From an uncultured Gemmatimonadales bacterium (GTDB lineage Bacteria > Gemmatimonadota > Gemmatimonadetes > Longimicrobiales > Gaopeijiaceae): a stretch of DNA of 64,000 nucleotides. The notes below the pieces were generated by a model, which worked only from the letters and a program-made list of their open reading frames with translations, was not told where the DNA came from and searched no databases. Each line of letters begins with the position of its first letter. Position 1 is the first letter of the stretch. Shown here piece by piece: positions 57,071-64,000 of this stretch. The stretch is taken from positions 96,001-160,000 of the forward strand of contig CAWGKG010000020.1 of the NCBI GenBank assembly GCA_963823035.1, in the 5' to 3' direction. A program made the position numbers and the translations under genes.

Positions 57071-57178
57071 CGTGAAGGAAGCACAAGTGTCGGGCGCTTC
57101 TCCGTGAAGGACCCGCGGTCGTCGTGCCCTTCCCGTTTCCCTCATGCCCGGGACCCGGCTCCTTGTGCGATCCTCATG
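57071..57178. promoter_or_regulatory. Two divergent arrays of direct heptamer repeats (putative KdpE boxes)
   Basis: Plus strand: CTTCCCG/CCTCATG/CCTTGTG/CCTCATG at 57129/57140/57161/57172. Minus strand: GACCGCG/CTTCACG/ACTTGTG/CTTCACG at 57120/57109/57088/57077. Confidence 0.6.
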
Positions 57179-57201
57179 GCCTCGCTGGGAGATTCCCCAC
57201 C

Positions 57202-57690
57202 ATGCACGACGGAAGGGATGCTGTACTCGGCTTGTCGTCCGGCTCATCCGGGAGGGTGCCGCCGCTCCGGTTCCGGGGGCTGCGCGCGGTGGTCGTCGGC
57301 TGTGGCCGCGTAGGGTCGCATGCCGCCGGCCTCCTCAGCGCGGAGGGGGCCGAGGTGGTGGTGGTGGACCGCGATCCCGAAGCGCTCGACAGCCTCGGGC
57401 CGGAGTTCAGCGGCTTCAAGGTCGCCGGGGACGCGGCGGAGCTCGCCGTGCTGCGCCGCGCGGGGGCCGCCGACGCCGACGTCCTGTTCGCGGCGACGGA
57501 CAGTGACACCCTGAACATCATGGTGACGCAGGTCGCCAGGGAACGCTTCGGCGTCGAGACCGTGGTGGCCAGGGTGTTCCTCCCCGAGTGGGAGGGCGCC
57601 TACCGTGAGCTGGGCATCCGCACGATCTCCCCCGTCGCGCACGCCGTGCAAGCGTTCCTCGAAGTGATCGTGGGCCCCGTGGAGCCGTGA
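57202..57690 (+). CDS. trkA: TrkA-N (RCK_N) potassium transport regulatory subunit
   Basis: VVGCGRVG Rossmann motif, GDA, ATDSDTLN; start uncertain. Confidence 0.85.
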   Translation: MHDGRDAVLGLSSGSSGRVPPLRFRGLRAVVVGCGRVGSHAAGLLSAEGAEVVVVDRDPEALDSLGPEFSGFKVAGDAAELAVLRRAGAADADVLFAATDSDTLNIMVTQVARERFGVETVVARVFLPEWEGAYRELGIRTISPVAHAVQAFLEVIVGPVEP

Positions 57691-58349
57691 TGCGCATCCT
57701 GCTCGTAGGCTCGGGCCGCTCGGCGTACTTCCTCGCGCGGAGGTTCCTGGACCTGGGGCACCAGGTCACCGTCGTGGCCGCCGCCGCCGCCGACGCGCGC
57801 CGCCTCGCTCGCTCGCTGGAGGGCGCCACGGTGGTGGTCGGTGACGGGGCGCGGCCGGACGTCCTCGACGATGCCGGCGCCCTGCACGCCGACGTTGTCG
57901 TGGCGGCGACTCCCGACGATCACCGCAACCTGGTGGCGTGTCAGATCGCACGCCGGGTCTACTTCGTGGGGCGTACGATCGCGGTCGTCGAGGACCCCGA
58001 CAACGAGGAGGTCTTCCGGCGCCTGGGCGTGGACGCCGCGGTGTCCGTTACGGACCTCCTCACCGGCATCGTCGCGCGGGAGGCGGTGGTCGACGACATC
58101 GCCCGGCTCGTGGCCTTCGCGGGCGGCCGCATCCTGGTCACGGATCTCTGCCTCCCGGCCGGCTCCGCCGCGGCGGGTTCGACGCTGGCGGACATCGGCT
58201 CGGCACACGGGCTCGTGGCGGCCGTGCGCCGCGGTGAGCGTGTGTTCATACCCCGGGGCGATACGCGTCTCGAAGCCGGCGACCAGCTCGTCGTGGTCAC
58301 GGTGCCCGACGCGGACGACTCGCTCGTGGACCGGCTCCTCGGGACATGA
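57687..58349 (+). CDS. trkA: TrkA family RCK_N plus RCK_C subunit
   Basis: LLVGSGR, GDGA, ATPDDHRN, IPRGDTRLEAGD. Confidence 0.88.
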   Translation: MMRILLVGSGRSAYFLARRFLDLGHQVTVVAAAAADARRLARSLEGATVVVGDGARPDVLDDAGALHADVVVAATPDDHRNLVACQIARRVYFVGRTIAVVEDPDNEEVFRRLGVDAAVSVTDLLTGIVAREAVVDDIARLVAFAGGRILVTDLCLPAGSAAAGSTLADIGSAHGLVAAVRRGERVFIPRGDTRLEAGDQLVVVTVPDADDSLVDRLLGT

Positions 58350-59905
58350 CCCCGTCCGGTCCGGGGCGGCTCCCCATCCTCGCTCGCCGATACGGCGAGA
58401 TCCTGCGCCACACGGGGAGCGTCGCGGTCGTCTCCGGGTTGGTGATCGCCAGCCCCGCACTCGCGGTGGGCGCGTTCCCGTCCGAGATCTCCACCCTTCC
58501 CGCGTTCCTCCTGCCGGGCGCGGCGCTCGGACTGCTCGGGCTCGGGCTGAGGCGGCTCTCACCGGCCGTGCCCACGCGCGGCTCCCTCGGGCTGGCCGAG
58601 GGGTCGCTGATCGTCCTGCTCTCGTGGTCGCTCGCGGTGGTCTTCGGCGCGGTCCCGTTCGTCCTGGTCGGGGGACTGGACATCACCGGGGCGGTGTTCG
58701 AGTCCACGAGCGGGTGGACCACGACCGGGCTCACCGTCGTGGACGTCGGCGCGGCGCACCCCACGATCCTCCTTCTCCGGAGCGCCCTCCAGCTCGCCGG
58801 GGGCGCCGGCCTGGCCATCCTCATGCTCAGCGCCCTCGTGGGCCCCGCGGGCACCGGCATCAACACGGCCGAAGGCAAGGAGGAGTTGCTGGTGCCGGTG
58901 GTGGATCGCTCCGCCGTGCTCGTCGTCCGGATCTACGGTGCCTACGCCGTGCTCGGCACCGTGGGGCTGCACCTCTCGGGGATGTCCTGGTTCGACGCCG
59001 TCAACCACGCGCTCACGGCGGTCTCCACGGGAGGCTTCTCCACGCGCGCCGATTCGATCGGCGCCTGGGATTCGCCGGCCATCGAGGCGGTGACCATACT
59101 CCTCATGGTGCTCGGGAACCTCAGCTTCGTGACCGCCTGGGCCGCGCTCCGGGGCCGTTGGCGGGCCGTGCTGACGAACGGGGAGGTGCGGACGTCCGCG
59201 GTGCTCGGCCTGCTCGGCGGGCTGGTGGTGTGGTCCGGCGCAACACGCCTGCTCTTCCCGCAGGCAACGAAGGCGTTGAGGGTGGCGCTCTTCGAGACGG
59301 TGACCGCGCTCACGACCACGGGCTTCTCGACCGTCGCGTACACCGGCTGGCCCTCCGTGGGGTGGTGCGTGCTGATCGTCCTCATGATCGTGGGCGGTGG
59401 CACCTGCTCGACGGCGGGCGGCGTGAAACAGTACCGGGTCCACGTGCTGTTCCGGTATCTGCTCCACGACCTGGGGCGACGCCTCGGACCGAGGCGTGCC
59501 GTCACCGAGCCCTTCCTGCGCGAGGCGGCCGACCGGCGCTTCCTGGCGGACGCGGAGGTGGCCCGCATCGGCGCCTTCCTGCTTCTGTACCTGGCTGCGC
59601 TCGGACTGGGTACGGGCGTGCTGGCGGCATACGGCAACGGGGTGCGTGAGAGCCTCTTCGAGTTCGCCAGCGCCCTCGGGACGGTGGGGCTCAGCATCGG
59701 CGTGACTGCCCCGGACGCCCCGCGCGGCCTCCTCTGGGCCGAGACCCTCGGGATGCTCCTCGGACGGCTCGAGTTCTTCACCGTCTTCGTCGGCGTCGCG
59801 TGCCTGGCTCGGGACGGCCGCCTCGCGCTGCGCGCGGCAGGGGCCCGCCCGCGCCCCGGGGTCCGGGGCCGCAAAGTTCGCGGTGCGGTCGCGGCGCGCC
59901 CTTGA
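58346..59905 (+). CDS. trkH: TrkH family potassium uptake membrane protein
   Basis: Four P-loops (ESTSGWTTTGL, STGGFS, TTTGFS, GTVGLS); STAGGVK; GRLE. Confidence 0.92.
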   Translation: MTPSGPGRLPILARRYGEILRHTGSVAVVSGLVIASPALAVGAFPSEISTLPAFLLPGAALGLLGLGLRRLSPAVPTRGSLGLAEGSLIVLLSWSLAVVFGAVPFVLVGGLDITGAVFESTSGWTTTGLTVVDVGAAHPTILLLRSALQLAGGAGLAILMLSALVGPAGTGINTAEGKEELLVPVVDRSAVLVVRIYGAYAVLGTVGLHLSGMSWFDAVNHALTAVSTGGFSTRADSIGAWDSPAIEAVTILLMVLGNLSFVTAWAALRGRWRAVLTNGEVRTSAVLGLLGGLVVWSGATRLLFPQATKALRVALFETVTALTTTGFSTVAYTGWPSVGWCVLIVLMIVGGGTCSTAGGVKQYRVHVLFRYLLHDLGRRLGPRRAVTEPFLREAADRRFLADAEVARIGAFLLLYLAALGLGTGVLAAYGNGVRESLFEFASALGTVGLSIGVTAPDAPRGLLWAETLGMLLGRLEFFTVFVGVACLARDGRLALRAAGARPRPGVRGRKVRGAVAARP

Positions 59906-59950
59906 TGTCTCCTTCACGGTGCCCGTCGACCCCTTTGTGCCTTCCTGATG
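59901..59950 (+). promoter_or_regulatory. Putative KdpE box array upstream of kup
   Basis: CTTGATG/CTTCACG/CTTTGTG/CCTGATG at 59901/59912/59933/59944. Confidence 0.6.
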
Positions 59951-60010
59951 GCCCCGTCGGACACTTCATGGCTGGACCCGGATCGTCGCCTCTCCGACGC
60001 GGACCCGACC

Positions 60011-61925
60011 ATGGACACCCCACCGACCGACACGACGCCCTCGGGACGAAGGCTGGCGGTGCTCTCGCTGGCCGCCCTGGGCGTCGTGTACGGCGACATC
60101 GGAACGAGCCCCCTGTACGCGATCCGCGAGAGCTTCCACGAGAGCTACGGCCTGGCGGTGACCGCCGAGAACGTGCTCGGCGTGCTGTCGCTCATCTTCT
60201 GGTCGCTGGTGCTGGTGATCTCGGTGAAGTACCTGGCCTTCGTCCTGCGGGCCGACAACCGCGGCGAGGGCGGGATCCTGGCGCTCACGGCGCTCGTGAC
60301 GCCCGCTCCACGACGGCCGCGACCAGGCCGCGGGCTCCTGGTCATGCTCGGCCTGTTCGGCGCCGCGCTCCTCTACGGCGACGGGATGATCACGCCGGCC
60401 ATCAGCGTGCTGTCGGCCGTCGAGGGGCTCCAGGTCGCCACGCCGGTCTTCCAGCGCTAGGTCGTCCCGCTCACCGTGCGTCGATCCTCGTCGGGCTCTT
60501 CCTCTTCCAGCGGCGCGGCACGGAGGGCGTGGGCAAGGTGTTCGGCCCGATCACCCTGGTCTGGTTCGCGGTGCTGGCCGCCCTGGGCGTCTACCAGATC
60601 GTCGCAGGAGCCGTCGCGTGCTCGCCGCCGTCCTGCCCACGCACGCCGTGCGCCTTCTTCGTGCACAACGGCCTGCGCGGCTTCCTGGTGCTGGGCAGCG
60701 TCTTCCTCGTCGTGACCGGCGGCGAGGCCCTCTACGCGGACATGGGGCACTTCGGCACGCGCCCGATCCGCCTGATGTGGTTCGCGGTGGTCCTGCCGGC
60801 GCTCCTGCTCAACTACTTCGGCCAGGGGGCGCTCCTCATCCGCGACCCCGGCCGCCATCGAGAACCCCTTCTACCGGATGGGGCCGCGACTGGGCGGTCT
60901 ACCCGCTGGTCGTCCTCGCCACCGCGGCGACGGTGATCGCGTCGCAGGCGGTGATCTCGGGCTCGTTCTCCCTGGCCATGCAGTCCGTGCAGCTCGGCTA
61001 CAGCCCGCGCCTGCGGATCGAGCACACGTCCGCGAGCGAGATCGGCCAGATCTACATCCCGGCGGTCAACTGGGCGCTGATGGTCGCGTGCATCGGGCTG
61101 GTGGTCGGCTTCGGCAGCTCCAGCGACCTGGCCGCCGCGTACGGCGTCGCGGTGACCACCACCATGGTCATCACCACGCTCCTGTTCTACGTGCGTCGCG
61201 CGCGAGCGCTGGGGCTGGTCGCTGTCCGGTCGCGCTGGGCGTCGCCGCGCTCTTCATGGTGGTGGACCTGTCCTTCTGGGTCGCGAACCTCACGAAGATC
61301 CCGGCGGGCGGCTGGTTCCCGCTCGCTCGTGGCCGGCGTGGTCTTCCTCGCTGATGACCACGTGGAAGACCGGCCGCCGGCTCCTGGCGCGCCGCATGAA
61401 GGCGCGCGAGCTCCCGCTCGCGGACTTCCTCGAGAGCATCCGGGCGCATCCGCCGACGCGCGTGCCGCGGCACGGCGGTCTTCATGTTCGGCGACGCCGA
61501 CGGCACGCCCCGGGCGCTCCTGCACAACCTGAAGCACAACAAGGTCCTCCACGAGCAGGTGGTCTTCCTGTCCGTCGTGACCGAGGACGTGCCCCGCACG
61601 TCCCCGCGTCGGAGCGCGTCACCGTCGTGGCCCGGGCGGCAGGGCTTCTAGCTCGGTGATCCTCCACTACGGCTTCATGGAGGACGTCGACGTCCCCGCC
61701 GTCCTCCGCGAGCTCGACGGGCAGGACGGCCTCCGCCTGAAGCCGATGGAGACGACCTACTTCCTGGGCCGGGAGACGCTCGTCCCCAGCGACGACGGCT
61801 CCGGGATGCTGTTCTGGCGCGAGCGGCTGTTCGCCTTCATGAGCCACAACGCCCGCTCCCCGGCGTCGTTCTTCCGGCTGCCGCCCAACCAGGTCGTCGA
61901 GATCGGGGCGCGCATCGAGCTGTGA
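60011..61925 (+). CDS. kup: KUP/HAK/KT potassium transporter (several frameshifts and an in-frame TAG at 60458)
   Basis: [67 protein letters not shown]. Confidence 0.9.
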
Positions 61926-62046
61926 CCGCCGGGGAGCGAAGGGCCGCTCGCAGGGGGCCGAGGGAGGGAGGGACGAATCGGAGGGGACCGAGGAACGAGC
62001 TTCCGCCACCCTGGCACCCGAGGCACTTTCCGATAGCTTCCCGCAC

Positions 62047-62741
62047 ATGAGCGGCACGGTTCTGATCGTCGACGACGAGCCCCACATCCGGCGGGCCCTG
62101 CGCAACGCGCTCGCCGACGACTTCGAGCGAAGATCGTCGAGGCCGGAACCGCCTCCGAGGCCGTGGACCTGGCGGCCGCGCACCGGCCCGACCTGATCGT
62201 CCTCGACCTCGGGCTCCCCGACCGCCGGGCCAGTGGGTGTGCGCCGAGATCCGGAAGTGGTCGGCGGCGCCGATCATCGTGCTGTCGGCGCACCACGCCG
62301 AGAGCGAGAAGATCCGTCTGCTCGACGAGGGCGCGGACGACTACGTGACCAAGCCGTTCAGCCCGGCGGAGCTCATGGCCCGGGTGCGCGCCCAGCTCCG
62401 GCGGATCTCGCCGCGGAGCTGCCGGGCGAGGACGGAGTGGTCCGGATCGGCGAGCTCGTCATCGACCCCGGCGCGCGCACGGTCCGCCGCGGCGACGAGG
62501 AGATCCATCTCACGCCCACCGAGTGGGACCTGCTGCGCGTCGTTCCTGCGCCACGCCGGGAAGACCCTCACCCACCGCCAGCTCTTCTCCGGCGGTCTGG
62601 GCCGCTTCGTCGGGGGACCCGCAGCAGTACCTGCGCGTCTACGTCGCGAACCTGCGCCGCAAGCTGGAGCCGGACTCGGTCCGGCCCCGCCTGATCATCA
62701 CCGAGCCGGGGGTGGGCTACCGCTTCGAGATCCGTGACTGA
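62047..62741 (+). CDS. kdpE: KdpE-like OmpR-family response regulator (frameshifted)
   Basis: [55 protein letters not shown]. Confidence 0.88.
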
Positions 62742-63838
62742 GCCGCACGCGGGCCGCCTCCGGGGGCCGCTCCCCGGCCTCGCTCCTGTGGACGCTCGTC
62801 GCCGGCGTCGTGACGCTGCGCCCTCTGGACCTACCGCGACGTCCTCGACCAGGCGCACATGGCCCTGGCCTACCTGCTCGTGGTCCTCGGCGGCAGCGCC
62901 CGCGAGGGACGCCTGGTGGGCCTGGTCATGGCCGTCCTCTGCTTCCTCCTCTTCAACTTCTTCCTGCTCCCGCCGTTCTACACCTTCGACATCGCGGACC
63001 CGCTGCAGTGGTGGGTCCTGGTGTCGTTCCTGATCACGGGCACGGTCGCCGCCGAGCTGCTGCACCGGGCCCAACGCGCGGTCGCGCTGGCCGAGCAGAG
63101 GGCCGTCGAGATCGAGCGTCTGGCCGAGGAGGCCGAGCACGTCGAGGCGCTGCGCGAGGCCGATCGCCTCAAGGACGCGATGCTCGCCAACGTCTCCCAC
63201 GACCTGCGGACGCCGCTCACGTCCATCCGGGCCGCGGCGGCGGAGATCCGGCTCAGGGGAGCGAGGCCGCGGCGATCATCGAGGAGGAGGCGGAGCGTCT
63301 GAACCGCTTCGTCACCGACCTCCTCGACCTGTCGCGGATCCGGGCGGGCGCGCTCCCCGTGGAGCCGGCCCTGAACGCCGCGGAGGACCTCGTCGGCGCT
63401 GCCCTGGAGCGCGTGCGTGCGCTCCCGGGGGCGGAGCGGCATCGTGGTGGAGCTGCCTCCGGGCAGCGACGTCCCCGTGGGACGCTTCGACTTCGTCCAG
63501 GCGCTGCGCGCCCTCGTGAACCTCGCTGGAGAACGCGCTCCGGCACTCGCCCGAGGGCGCGCCGGTCGAGATCGAGGTGTCCCGCCGGGGAGGAGTCCTC
63601 CTCTTCGAGGTGAAGGACCGCGGCAGCCGGGGTCGCCGAGGCGGACCGCGAGCGGCTCTTCGAGCCCTTCCAGCGGGGAAGCGGCGCCATCGGGCGCCAG
63701 GGAGCCGGGCTGGGGCTGGCGATCGCACGCGGGACGGCGCGCGCCCTGGGGGGCGACGTCGAGTGGCGCCCGCGCGAAGGGGGAGGGAGCGTCTTCACCC
63801 TGCGGCTGCCGGCCGCGGAGCTGCCCGAGCTCCCTTGA
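62734..63838 (+). CDS. kdpD: Short KdpD-like sensor kinase (DUF4118 TM, HisKA, HATPase; frameshifted)
   Basis: [41 protein letters not shown]; no N-terminal KdpD/Usp or GAF region. Confidence 0.8.
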
Positions 63839-63884
63839 CACCGTCGACACGGGCGCGGGCCGTTTCTTCGTGCCTCCTTCACGG
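63834..63884 (+). promoter_or_regulatory. Putative KdpE box array upstream of the next gene
   Basis: CTTGACA/CGACACG/CTTCGTG/CTTCACG at 63834/63845/63866/63877. Confidence 0.55.
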
Positions 63885-63928
63885 CGCCGGCGTGAGCTTC
63901 CTGGCGACGCCCGCCAAGGAGACGACCC

Positions 63929-64000
63929 GTGCCGGCACCCCGCCCCGAACCCCGCTCGCCCGACGACATCCGCGGGCTCGACGCACTGGAGCGGTTGGCT
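63929..64000 (+). CDS. 5' end of unknown gene (runs off the window)
   Basis: AAGGAG RBS, then GTG and an open frame VPAPRPEPRSPDDIRGLDALERLA. Confidence 0.4.
   Translation, partial: MPAPRPEPRSPDDIRGLDALERLA

Noticed and set aside
57049..57201. c-di-AMP (ydaO) riboswitch ahead of the K+ genes
   Set aside because: I could not find the conserved ydaO motifs by eye; the region is explained by direct-repeat arrays. An Rfam/Infernal scan would settle it.
60458..60460. In-frame TAG in kup suggesting readthrough or recoding
   Set aside because: It lies in an indel-rich stretch at a position where an aromatic codon (TAC/TGG) is plausible, and TAG is a normal stop elsewhere in the window.

Overview
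High-GC bacterial window; the gene content suggests a Gemmatimonadota-like genome (inference). No rRNA, tRNA, CRISPR or mobile element was recognised. Main content: (1) 2-oxoacid:ferredoxin oxidoreductase beta subunit, OPT peptide transporter and MscS; (2) six PadR plus orphan MacB/FtsX-type (ADOP) permease modules within about 26 kb, interspersed with a kinase-M23-class III aminotransferase fusion, a dihaem cytochrome c-TPR protein and a duplicated pilin-like two-gene cassette; (3) a CBM9/DUF5916 protein, a HlyD/ABC-2/TetR efflux operon, a YncE-phosphoesterase, a TPR protein, an M1 peptidase and an APC permease; (4) an ECF sigma/Ser-Thr kinase pair divergent from a giant Ig-like, Gly-rich lipoprotein; (5) ettA; (6) a K+ island, trkA-trkA-trkH-kup-kdpE-kdpD(short). 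Most notable patterns read directly from the DNA: all six permeases have an SD-like sequence and in-frame ATG just after their N-terminal prefix domain; the prefix type co-varies with the PadR subtype; each padR has its own distinct palindromic operator-like site; and four heptamer arrays with identical 11/21/11 spacing precede the K+ genes. Many genes at about 12-25 kb and 60-64 kb carry frameshifts that are most likely sequencing or assembly indels, so coordinates there are approximate.
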